A DNA stretch of 55,350 nucleotides from Chiloscyllium plagiosum (lineage: Eukaryota), in contig NC_057757.1 in NCBI RefSeq assembly GCF_004010195.1, positions 4,037,498 through 4,092,847 of the forward strand, read 5' to 3'. Under the pieces are notes generated by a model. The model saw only the letters and a program-made list of their open reading frames with translations. It made no database searches and was not told the origin of the DNA. Each line of letters begins with the position of its first letter. The first letter of the stretch is position 1. A program made the translations under genes and the position numbers. Of this stretch, positions 13,060 through 24,956 are shown piece by piece.

Positions 13060-14683
13060 CTGGGACATATCAGATTCTTAAGGGAGAGATCCGAGAGGAT
13101 GATTCCCCCTTCATGGGAGAGTCTAGGACAGAGGTGGGGAACCTTTTCCTGTTGGAAGGCCGCATTATGTTAGTTGTAATCTAATAAGGCCGCATCCAAG
13201 AAATTTCAATTATATAAATGTTGATACGGTTAGACTGTGTAACTATTCTCAAATTTCACTTCAAATGGAAAGCCACGTGCCCTGTTGTCATAAGTTGATA
13301 AACACTGGCGTACTGGATACCCATAGCCTCTCGCCAACCAGCCTCGGGCAATAGTGGCGCCAGTCAGGCAGGGAAGATAACGTACATTCTAGAGTCGCAT
13401 TATAACTAAATCATGAGCATAGCAGGTATCGAAATAGCCCTTATGACAGACCGATTTTTTAATTGTGGTGGTCAGTCTGTGAGGATTATTTCGTTGAATT
13501 TTCTTTTACTCTCTGGCATTTTAAATACATTCGTTTTAAGATTAAAATAAAAGTAATAAAGGACGAGAAAAACGTATTAATAAAAATAAAAGATTTGTTC
13601 TGCAAAATTTGGATTCATTCAAAAGACCACACACAATGGCCTTAAGGCTGGAGGTTCCCCACCCGTGGCCTAGGACGAGAGGGCACAGTCTCAGAATAAA
13701 GAGGGGGTGGGGGGAGCTGAGTTAAGATTGAGATGAGGAGGAATTTCTCCTGTCAGAGTCATTTAGATTTAGATTAGATTACAGTGTGGAAACGGGCCCT
13801 TCGGCCCAACAAGTCCACACCGACCTGCTGAAGCGAAACCCACCCATACATCTACATTTACCCCTTACCTAACACTACAGGCAATTTAGCATGGCCAATT
13901 CACCTGACCCTGCACATCTTTGGATGGTGGGAGGAAACCGGAGCACCCGGAGGAAACCCACGCAGACACGGGGAGAACGTGCCTGGGACATATCAGATTC
14001 TTAAGGGAGAGATCTGAGAGGATGATTCCCCCTTCATGGGAGAGTCTAGGACAGAGGTGGGGAACCTTTTCCTGTTGGAAGGCCGCATTATGTTAGTTGT
14101 AATCTAATAAGGCCGCATCCAAGAAATTTCAATTATATAAATGTTGATACGGTTAGACTGTGTAACTATTCTCAAATTTCACTTCAAATGGAAAGCCACG
14201 TGCCCTGTTGTCATAAGTTGATAAACACTGGCGTACTGGATACCCATAGCCTCTCGCCAACCAGCCTCGGGCAATAGTGGCGCCAGTCAGGCAGGGAAGA
14301 TAACGTACATTCTAGAGTCGCATTATAACTAAATCATGAGCATAGCAGGTGTCGAAATAGCCCTTATGACAGACCGATTTTTTAATTATGGTGGTCAGTC
14401 TGTGAGGATTATTTTGTTGAATTTTCTTTTACTCTCTGGTATTTTAAATACATTCGTTTTAAGATTAAAATAAAAGTAATAAAGGACGAGAAAAACGTAT
14501 TAATTAAAATAAAAGATTTGTTCTGCAAAATTTGGATTCATTCAAAAGACCACACACAATGGCCTTAAGGCTGGAGGTTCCCCACCCGTTGCCTAGGACC
14601 AGAGGGCACAGTCTCAGAATAAAGAGGGGGTGGGGGGAGCCGAGTTAAGATTGAGATGAGGAGGAATTTCTCCTGTCAGAGTC
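13060..14683 (+). repeat. 701-bp direct duplication (13060-13760 and 13983-14683) separated by a truncated SINE
   Basis: Constant offset of 923 nt; about nine substitutions seen by eye. Confidence 0.92.
13129..13667. mobile_element. Non-autonomous hAT (Charlie-like) DNA transposon, 539 bp, inserted in a CR1 fragment; duplicate at 14052-14590
   Basis: TIRs CAGAGGTGGGGAACCT / AGGTTCCCCACCCGTG. 8-bp TSD GTCTAGGA / GCCTAGGA. Confidence 0.85.
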
Positions 14684-17304
14684 TTTGGGATTCCTCACAA
14701 CAGAGAGCTGTAGGTGCAGGTGTAGGGGGGCAGGTTCCTTGTGCATATCAACGGGTGAGTCAAAAACTGTGGAAAAGCACAGCAGGTCAGGCAGCATCCG
14801 AGGAGCCAGAGAGTGGAAGTTTCAGGTCAGGAGTGCGATGAGGGGCTCATACCCGAAACGGCGACTCTCCTGCTCCTCGGATGCTGCCTGACCTGCTGTG
14901 CTTTTCCAGCGCCACACTCTCAACTCTGAGTCTCCAGGGTCTGCAGTCCAAACTTTCTCCCATACTGAAGGGTGAGACAGATTCTTGATCAGTCGGGGAA
15001 TCGAGGGTCACAGTGAAAGTGGACGTGAGGGATGGCAGTGGCTTGAGAGGCCGAATGGCCTACTCTTGTTCATATTTCTTAAAGCCATACTGGTTGAGGG
15101 AGGCAGCGACGTAGTGCTATTACCGCCCGGCTATTAATCAAGAAACCCAGAATACTGTGCTGGGGACCTGGGTTCAACTCCCACCATCGCAGATGTTGGA
15201 ATTTGAATTCAATAAAAAATCTGAAATTAAGATTCGACTGATGGCTATGAAACCGATTGTTGGAAAAACCCATCTGGTTCACTACTGCCCTTCTGGGAAG
15301 GAAATCTGCCATCCTTACCTGATATGGCCTACATGTGACTCCAGACCCACAGCCAATGTGGTTGACTCTGAACTGCCCTCTGATAATGGCCGAGCAAGCC
15401 GCTCAGTTGTACCAATCACGAGAAAGTCACAATAAAACAACCCACAGCAAGTGGACCGCAGCTCACCACCACCTTCTCAAGGGCAAATAGGGATGGGCTA
15501 TCAATGCTGGCCAGCCAGCGAAACCCAAGTCCCACAAGTGAATAAATAAAAAAACAAACAAACCCCGGGTAGATCTCCTGTCATTCTCCTAAACTCTGCT
15601 GAGGTACAGGCCTGACCTGCTTGATCTCTCCTCATGAATTTGTTTGCTTAAGTGTGTCTGTGTCTGTGTGTCTGTGTGTGTGTTGTGGGTGTGTATGTGT
15701 GTCTGTGTGTGTTGTGGGTGTGTGGAAGTGGCTGAATTAAAATTATACTGGGCCCAGTTCTCATCCCTGAGAAATTTGCCTGCACTCTCCCCAATTGAAC
15801 CCATCCTAACAAGTTGAAACCTACCAAAATGTCTCTTCAGATTCAGTAGATTTTGTAAATCTCTTGGTAATGGTATGTTTGCAGTGCCAATTTACTTGTC
15901 TACACAGTTAACACATAAGCTGCTGAATATCTGGGGTGAGCTGCTGAGGAAAGTGGAGGGATTTGATAAGATAGGAGACAGCCTTTGTAGTACAGTGAAA
16001 GAATAGAAACAATCTTCATTTACATAGCACCTTTCATGATCTCAGATCATCCTAAAGCACCTTGCAGCCCAGGAAGAACATTTAAAGAGTAGTCACTGTT
16101 GTAATGAAGGTAACACGAAAGAAAACTCCAGGAGATCTGCATGAAAATAATCTCGAGTATAAACTCCACTGTTTCCAACTAAAACTCACAGGAGACTGAT
16201 CTTCAATAGCTCTATCTGNNNNNNNNNNNNNNNNNNNNNNNNNNNNNNNNNNNNNNNNNNNNNNNNNNNNNNNNNNNNNNNNNNNNNNNNNNNNNNNNNN
16301 NNNNNNNNNNNNNNNNNNNNNNNNNNNNNNNNNNNNNNNNNNNNNNNNNNNNNNNNNNNNNNNNNNNNNNNNNNNNNNNNNNNNNNNNNNNNNNNNNNNN
16401 NNNNNNNNNNNNNNNNNNNNNNNNNNNNNNNNNNNNNNNNNNNNNNNNNNNNNNNNNNNNNNNNNNNNNNNNNNNNNNAAGGACAAATCGCTGTGATCTT
16501 CCCAGACCATAGGGCTGCTCTGTCTTGCCTTTGTGCTCCCCCTGTCTTCGAGTCTTCCTTGCCTTCAGAGAGGAGAGGAGAGGGGTTCTGACAGCAGTGG
16601 TGACCAGCAGGTGGCCCAAAATACAGAAAACAGTAGCAGGAGTAGGCCATTCAGCCCTTTGAGCCTGCTCCACCATTCAATAGGATCATGGGTTGATCAT
16701 CCAACTCAGTCCCCTTTTTCCACTTTCTCTTCTATACCCTTTGATCCCTTTTGGCAGATCTTCTTCCCAAAAGGACATTAGCGAACTACATTAGCTTACA
16801 TAGAATCCCAAGTGTGGAAGCAGATCATTTGCCCCACTGAGTCCACACTGACCCTCCAAAGAGCATCCCATTCAGACCCACCCTATATTCCTGTATTTGG
16901 CATGGCCAATCTACCCTAACCTACACATCTTCAAACTGTGGGGGGAAACTGGAGCAAACCCACGCACATACAGGAGAGAATGTATGTGCAAGGCAATTTA
17001 GCACGACCAATCCACCTAAACCTGCCAATCTTTGGACTGTGGAAGGAACCCAGAGCACATAAAAGCAACCCATGCAGACACAGGGAGAATGTGCAAACTC
17101 CACATAGGCAGTTGCCTGAGGGTGGAATCGCACCCAGGTCCCTAGCGTTATGAGGCAGCAGTGTTAACCACTGAGCCACCATGCCGCCCACATCTTGGGG
17201 ATATCAGGGATAACTGACCTTCCAGATGAGAAGATGGTGTTCCGTTAGCTTCTTGTTTCCAGGGACGGACATGGACGGGTGAAAGACGGGTGGCTACATA
17301 AATG

Positions 17305-17475
17305 CTAGGAGTGCTCTGAAGTTCTGCCAAGGATTCGCGAGTAGATCTCCCCGTCCTCCGATGGGTAAGGGAGTTGAAACGATGTCGATGCTGCCACTGG
17401 GACTGTGATCACACTGTACAAAACCGTGTCAGCCTCTCCCGCCTCTTCAGCTCGGACCCGAGACACCTCGGAGGG
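17305..17475 (-). CDS. Gene A exon 5: terminal coding exon with ITIM and ITSM-like motifs
   Basis: Acceptor catgacctttccag|CCC, phase 0. Encodes PSEVSRVRAEEAGEADTVLYSVITVPVAASTSFQLPYPSEDGEIYSRILGRTSEHS*, ending at TAG (17307-17305). VLYSVI is at 17424-17407 and EIYSRI at 17349-17332. Unique sequence between repeats. Confidence 0.85.
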   Translation of the reverse strand, partial: PSEVSRVRAEEAGEADTVLYSVITVPVAASTSFQLPYPSEDGEIYSRILGRTSEHS

Positions 17476-19451
17476 CTGGAAAGGTCATGCAGATATGAAA
17501 CAGTCAGTCAATCACTCGGTTGCATGGGTTCACTTTAACTCAGAGGCCAGTCAGCCCATCTATCCTGCCCCGCCATACTACATGATGATTCCTCGATGGC
17601 CCACCATCCACAAGGCACAAGTCTAGGAGTGTGAGGGGATATTCCCCACTTGCCCTGGGTGGGGAAGCTCCAACAACACTCGAAGAAGCTCAACACTATC
17701 CAGGGACAAAGCAGCCCTTGCTTGACTGGAACCACAGCCACAAGCATCCCCTCCCTCCCCCATTGACCCTCAGTAGCAGCAGTGTGTACCATCTACAAGG
17801 TGCACTGCAGTAGATCACCAAAGATCCTTAGACAGCACCTTCCAAACCCACGGCCACCTCTATCTAGGAGAACATGGGGAAGCAGATACATGGGAACACT
17901 ATCACGTTCAAGTTCTCCTCTGAACCACTCACCATCCCGACTTGGAAATATGTTGGCTGTTCCTTTGGTGTTGCTGGGTCAGAATCCTGGAACTCCCTCC
18001 TTAATGGTGCTGTGTGGGTGTCCCTACAGCACACAGACTGCAGTGGTTCATCAAACAGAGATAGCTGTGGGGGGGTGGGGGTGGGGGGGTTCAAGTACAT
18101 AGTTCTTTGAAAGTTGTGTTACATGTAGACAGGGTGGTTAAGGAGGCATTTATTATGCTTGTCTTCATTGCTCAGACCAATGAATATAGGAGTTGGGAAG
18201 TCATGTTGTGTTGTGCTCTATGGCACATTATCACCTCAATAAAACTGGCAAAATGTAGATGTCTTAAATATTGTGATGTCCAAACTTTTACAGTCATAGA
18301 ATTGTACAGCATGAAAATAGACCCTTCAGTCCAATTCATCCATGCTGACCATGTGTCCTAAATTAACTTTGTCCCATTTGCCAGTATTTGGCCCTATTTT
18401 CATATACCCATCCAGATGCCTTTTAAATGCTGTAATTGTATCAGCCTCTATCAGTTCCTCTGGCAGCTCATTCCATTCACGCACCACCCTCTGCGTGAAA
18501 AGGTTGCTCCTTAGGTCCCTTTTAAATCTTTCCTCTCTCAACTTAAACCTATGCCCTCTAGTTCTGGAATCCCCCACCTCAGAGAAAAGACTTTGTCCAT
18601 TTATCCTATCCATGCCGCTCATGAATTTATAAACCTCTTTTAAGGTCACCCCTCAGCCTTCGACGCTCCAGGAAAAACAGCTCCAGCCTATTCAACCTCT
18701 CCCTGTAGCTCAAATCCTCCAACCCTGGTAACATCCTTGTAAACCGTTTCTGAACCCTTTCAAGTTTCACAACATCTTTACCGTAGCAGGGTGACCAGCA
18801 TCGCATGCAGTATTCCAAACGTGGTCTAACCAATGTCCTGTATGGTCACAACACGGCCTCCCAACTGCTCGACTCACTGCACTGGCCAATGAAGGCAAGC
18901 ATACCAAACACCTTCATCACTGTCCAGTCTACCTGTGACTCCACTGTCGAGGTACTGTAAACCTGCACTCCAAGGTCACTTTGCTCGGCAACACTCTCAG
19001 GACCTTACCATTAGGTGTATAAGTGCTGCCCTGTGTATTTCTGTTTCTGTCAGTCTATTTTCAATCTTCAATTAAGCGTTGGCATATTGCTATCAATGAC
19101 ATGTTTGATGAGGTTCAGTGTGTGTTCCTCTTCGGCCATTGACTCAGAGAACCTCAGACCAAACCTTGCAGAAACAGAGCAGGTCTGGCAACATCGGTGG
19201 AAAGAAAAATAGAGATCACGTTTCATCTCGATCCAACATCATAATCTTAGACTGTGACGCCTCGCACCCCGCTCCGCCATGCCAGGTTTTGAACTCTATC
19301 GTCCATTGGCAACGTCCTTCCTGCTTTATGTTTCCTCATGTGTCCTCTTTTGAGAACCTCCGCCTGGACAGCAATTTTGGAAAGAGGAACATGGCTAACA
19401 GTTTGAGGTCGGTATGACTTAACTAATCACAAGTATTCTGGCCCTGAATGC

Positions 19452-20459
19452 TGTGACAATGTTGCCCTTTAACAAGGTTATGTTGTCCTTAGTTTCTTTT
19501 ACAAAGAAGTAAGAAAAGATGCAGACTGCAAAACGTCTATGTTGAAGAGTTTTCGGGACAATTTGATTTTAGCTAACAGATACTGCCTGAGGCAAAAAGG
19601 CTTTTAAGTTTAAATGAACACAACACTTGTACAAAGAAAAGTGAGTGGCCAGTTCTCTTAGTTCAGCATTTCTCTAGTTTTGTTCTGTTTTAGCACAGTA
19701 GAGTTGAAACAGCTGATGGACTCTAAACAAGAAGGTGCTCTGTCTCTGGCCTAACTCATGTTAGACCCTACGTTTCATTTTGATTTTCGCAGTGCTAAGC
19801 GTTGTTTATGGGGATTTTTGCAAGTATTTGGAACACCATCATTAATTTGGGACATTCTGCTGAGTTTTCGTATAGGTTCCGTTATTCTGTATTCTGTTCT
19901 CAATTGTTTGTGTTTCGATTGGTAATTTTGTAAATAAATTCCGCTTTGTTTTAAACGAAATAGCTGGTCCAACTGCATCTCTCCTGGAATATCCTCGTTA
20001 CACCTGCATGATGCATAGAGTCTGGGCTACATTTTTGAAATGTTTTCAGCGTTTCTGGCTTGGCCTATAATAGGTTGGGATATCTTCGATAATTCCAATT
20101 TCGGATTAGGTTTGTCAGACTGTAATGCTGCGAATGTTAGGTTCTGTTCCTGGTATTCAGTTTATTTGCTTTAAATGGTCTTTGGGATAAAAATGCCTCT
20201 TTTCATCAACAAGAGGTTTCTGTGTGTGGAAAAAATGGCTTTGGGGGTTTTGCAAAAAGTGGTTAAGGCCAAGCTGCTGGAATTAGCAGGCAATTTGGAG
20301 TTGAAGCTGACCTCTTCCCTGAGGAAAGGTGAGTTAATTATAGCAATAATCCAGCAATTACATTTGCTGGAAGCGTCACCAGAATTTTTAGAGACGGCCA
20401 AAATTCAACTAAAAATAAAGCAACTTGAAAAAGAGGAAAACAGTAATGAATTACCCTAA
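19452..20459 (+). mobile_element. LTR plus start of gag from a truncated Gypsy-type LTR retrotransposon
   Basis: TGTGACAA...GCCTATAATA (19452 to about 20072) resembles the 4217 LTR in its ends and layout. It is followed by ORF 20175-20459 (LQKVVKAKLLELAGNLELKLTSSLRKGELIIAIIQQL plus coiled coil), resembling a gag N-terminus. Cut off by CR1 sequence. Confidence 0.6.
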
Positions 20460-22399
20460 AATGAAAAGTTCAGAAATGGACTGAGGAGATTTGGGAGGGG
20501 AAACGAAAAAAACTTGGGGGGAAGGGTTATGGAAAACCCAAAGGCGTTCTAAGCATACATGGGGAATAACAGAATGACCAGACAGAGGGTAGGGTTGAAC
20601 AAGGATAGTGGAGAGAACTTGCGCCTGGAGATTGAAAAGTTAGGGCAGGTGTTAAATGAGGTTTTTGTTTTGCTTCAGTATTCACTCGACAGAGTGAGAC
20701 CACCATGGACCAGTTTAATAGGCTTGAACAGGTTAATGTTAATTAACTCGATATGTTGGATTTTTTTGGAAGCAACAAGGCAGATAAGTCCCCAGGACAG
20801 GACCAAAGGTACTAAGGAAAGCAAATAATGAGAATGTTGCACTTCTGGCGATGATCTTTGTATCCTCACTCTCCACGGGCGTAGTACTAGATGACCGAGG
20901 GAAGGCGGATGTTATTTTTCTGTCCAAGAAAGCGAATACGAAAGTCCCCGGTAATTACAGACCAGTCAGTCGCACTTCTGCGATAAGCAATGTAAAGGAA
21001 AGGGTCCTGAGGGATGGAATTTATGACTATTGGGAAAAAGATAGTTTTATTAAAGATAGTAAGCATGGCTTTGCGAGGGGTAGTTCATGCCTCACAAGCC
21101 TTATTGAGTTCTTACAAGGGGGCATAGCTTTAAATTAAGGGGGGGGGGGTAGGTATAGGACAGATGGTACGGGTATGTTCTTTACTCAGCGAGTCGTGAG
21201 TTCATGGAATGCTCTGCCAGTAGCAGTGGTGGACTCTCCCTCATTATGGGCATTTAAGCGGGCATTGGATAGGCATATGGAGGATAGTGGGCTAGTGTAG
21301 GTTAGGTGGGCTTGGATCGGTGCAACATCGAGGGCTGAAGGGCCTGTACTGCGCTGTATTCTTCTATGTTCTATGTTCTATGAAACAGGCTTGAGGGACT
21401 GAATGGCCTACTCCTGGTCCTAGTAACGAATTTGGAACCACTAATTGGCCCCACATTCACCCCCCACACCCCAATTAATTGCCCCTCCCTCCAAACTGAT
21501 GGTTTAAATTGAGTTTGTTTTAAACCAATAGCATGCAAGAGACAATCAGAACAGGAGGGTGCACCAGAATATATTTACCTGAAGTGAAGAAGGCGTTTGG
21601 CATACTGTCCTTTATTGGTCAGAGCATTGAGTGTAGGAGTTGGGATGTCATGTTGCGGCTGTACAGGATATCGGTTCAGCCACTGTTGGAATATCGAATG
21701 CAATTCTGGTCTCCTTCCTATCAGAAGGATGTTGTGAAACTTGAAAGGGTTCAGAAAAGATTTACAAGGATGTTGCCAGGGTTGGAGCGCTTGACCTATA
21801 GAGAGAGGCTGTACAGGCTGGGGCTGTTTTCCCTGGAGCGTCGGAGGCTGAGGGGTGACCTTATAGAGGTTTATAAAATCATGAGGGGCCTGGATAGGAT
21901 AATTAGACAAGGTCTTTTCTCCCTGGGGTGGGGGAGTCCAGAACTAGAGGGCATAGGTTTAGGGTGAGAGAGGAAAGATATAAAAGGCAACTTTTTCATA
22001 CAGAGGGTGGTCCGCGTATGGAATGAGCTACCAGAGGAAGTGGTGGAGGCTGGTGCAATAACAGCATTTAAAAGGCATCTGGGTGGGGATATGGATAGGA
22101 AGGGTTCAGAGGGATATGGATCAAATGCTGGCAAATGGGACTAGTTTACGTTAGGATATCTGGTCGGCATGGACGAGTTAGACCGAAGGGTCTTTTTCCG
22201 AGCTGTACATCTCTATGACTCTAAATATATACATGCATCGAGGAGAGACACAGGCACAGACTGGGGGAATTGGGATTGAGGGTGGGGCGGAGGTCGATCA
22301 GAAAATGGACAGGCCCTGAAAGGGGAGAGGGGAAACCTCTTTCGTATGGATTCTGAATCACCCCTGCATATTTTACGACAAATTCTGCTTGTTAACTCA

Positions 22400-22444
<45 letters not shown>

Positions 22445-22959
22445 TAAATCTCCCTCTTGTGAATGTGAACAATTTTCAAATCATCAATATTTATTTTCCT
22501 GACTTCTCCAGCTTCTATTCCTTTCTCCACAGTAAAAAACTGATGCAAAATATTCACTTAATATTTGATTTTGAAGTACCCGACAATTTTCTCACACCCT
22601 TCGTGTACTTGTAGAATCTCTTTGGATTATTGTTAACCTTATCTGTGAATGCTATCCCATAAACCCTCTTTGCTTTCCTGATTTCCTTCTTAAGAATGCT
22701 CTATGTTATAGTCATGGAGTCATACAGCATGGAAATTGATCCTTTGGCCCAACCAGTCCATGCTGAAAGAAATCCCGAACTAAACTAGTCCCACCTCCCT
22801 GTTCCTGGCCCATATCCCTCCAAACCTTTCCTATTCATCAACTTGTCCAAATGTCTGTTAAACATTGTAACTGTACCCACATCCACCACTTCCTCAGGAA
22901 GTTCATTCCACACACAAACCACCCTCTGTGTTGAGAATTTGCCTCTCCTGTCTTATTTA

Positions 22960-23656
22960 CTGTATATACTTGAGTAAAGGTCGATCTCCTGTCAAAGCTG
23001 ACCCCCTATTTTTGGCCAAATAATCTGGAATTGTCCATATATCTCGTGTAAAAGTCGACCCTAGTTCTTCACAGATAACAGGTCAACGTTTATGAGTCAG
23101 TGTGCTGGTCGTCACATCCCGCTGCAGCTTTGGCTCTGCTCCTGGTCTTCCAGTCTGCTGGCTGTTGAGATCTGCTCTGGGTTTTTGGAATTTCCACAAT
23201 TCATTTTCTGCTTCTTCAACAGAGATCATTTAGATTAGATTCCCTACAGTGCGGAAACAGGCCCTTCGGCCCAACAAGTCCACACCAACCCTCGGAAGAG
23301 GAAACCACCCAGTCCCATTCCTCGCTGACTGCTGCGCCTAACACTATGGGCAACTTAGCATGGCCAACTCACCTGACCTGCACATCTTTGGACTGTGGGA
23401 GGAAACCGGAGCACCCGGAGGAAACCCGGGCAGACAGTCACCTGAGGCTGGAATTGAACCTGGGACCCTGATGCTGTAAGGCAGCAGTGCTAACCACTGA
23501 GCCACCGTGCCGTGGGCTTCTGCTGATCACATGGTATGAATTTTGACGAGCATGAATTTCAGCCCCTCAAAAGTAGTATCATGTAATCATCGACCCCATA
23601 AATTTAACCTTTAAAAAGTAGTCAAAACAATTTCTCTATTACTTGAGAATATACGG
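22960..23656. mobile_element. Tc1/mariner-superfamily (pogo/Tigger-like) MITE with a nested SINE, inserted in a CR1 copy
   Basis: TA|CTGTATATACTTGAGTAA ... TTACTTGAGAATATACGG|TA: imperfect TIRs and a TA TSD. SINE at about 23230-23512. CR1 sequence resumes on both sides. Confidence 0.72.
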
Positions 23657-24873
23657 TAAATCTTTCTTCATCAACTGGAAAATATGCCCTCTTATCTTGA
23701 AATCCTGCACCCTAGGGGAAAGATACCTGCTATTTATCTTATCCACACGCTTCATTACTTTACAAAGCTCTTTAAGGTCACCTCTCAACTTCCTGCACTC
23801 CAGTGAAAGAAGTCCCAGCCTATTCAGCCTATATTGATAATTCAGAACTCCTGTTCCCAGCAATGTCCTGGTAAATCTTTTCTCAACACTGTCGAGCTTA
23901 ATAACATTTCTCCTACAACAGGGTGACCAGAACCACACACAGTACTCCAGAAAAGGCCTCACCAATGTCCTGTAACAGCGTCACTGTGACGGCCCAATTC
24001 CTATACTCAAAGGGCTGGATAATGAAGGCAACATCCAGCGTGTGATGCTGGAAAAGCACAGCAGGTCAGGCAGCATCTGAGTAGCAAAAGAATCGACATT
24101 CCGGGCAAAAGCCCTCCGTCAGGAATGCCTGCTGTGCTTTTCCAGCACCACACTCTCCACTTGGATCTCCGACATCTGCAGTCCTCACTTTCTCCCAATG
24201 AAGGCAAGCGCCTTTTCAACCACCAATATGTGATTGTTTTAGAGATTCATCTGAACCCAGCTGACTATATCTTATATAAGATTCACTTTATTCTTAACTT
24301 GCACCTGGGTGGCATGGTGGCTCAGTGGTTAGCACTGCTGTGTCACAGTACCAGGGACCCCGGTTTGATTCCGGCCTCAGATGACTGTCTGTATGGCATT
24401 TGTATGTTCTCCCCATGTCTGGGGACTAATGCACCTAACCTCCACAGCCCTGAACTCTATGGGCAATTTAGCATGGATAATTCACCTAATGTGCACGTCT
24501 TTGGACTGGTTTCCTCCCACAGTCCAAAGGTGTGCACGTTAGGTCAATTGGCCATGCTAAATTGCCCATAGTGTTCAGGGATGTTTAGGTTAGGTGCATA
24601 AGTCAGGGGCAAATGTGGAGTAATAGAGTAGGGGAATGGGTCTGGGTGGGTTCTTCTTCAGAGGGTCGGTTTGGGCTGAAGGGCCTGTTTCCACACTGTA
24701 GGGATTCTATGATTCTCAATATCTTTATTCACCCATTGCTTCTTAATCTTACCTGCCTCACTCTAACAGGAACAGAACTACTCTCAACTCTCATCATCAC
24801 AATCTTGACAACCTCTCTCCCCAGACCTTGCTGAGTTTCCCCAGCAACTTTCCATCTTTGGCTTTCGGCATAC

Positions 24874-24956
24874 TTGCCTCATGCTCCAACGGTAGATCAC
24901 CGGTCTCGTCTCTTCCTCTGGCTTCCTGTGATTCCGATTCCAATCCTGCAAGAGAC
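24874..24956 (-). CDS. Gene A exon 4: short cytoplasmic exon, two possible boundary pairs
   Basis: Model A: 24945-24878, 68 nt, tcttgcag| ... GAG|gcaagt (GC donor), encodes (G)LESESQEARGRDETGDLPLEHE. Model B: 24956-24874, 83 nt, ttgacag| ... CAA|gtatgc, encodes (G)LLQDWNRNHRKPEEETRPVIYRWSMRQ. Both convert phase 1 to phase 0, which is what joining exon 3 to exon 5 requires. Confidence 0.68.

Noticed and set aside
19247-19363. Possible extra exon of gene A after acceptor-like ttgctgtccag
   Set aside because: No convincing donor or recognisable motif, and exon 4 already joins exon 5 in frame. Cannot be excluded as a minor terminal exon.
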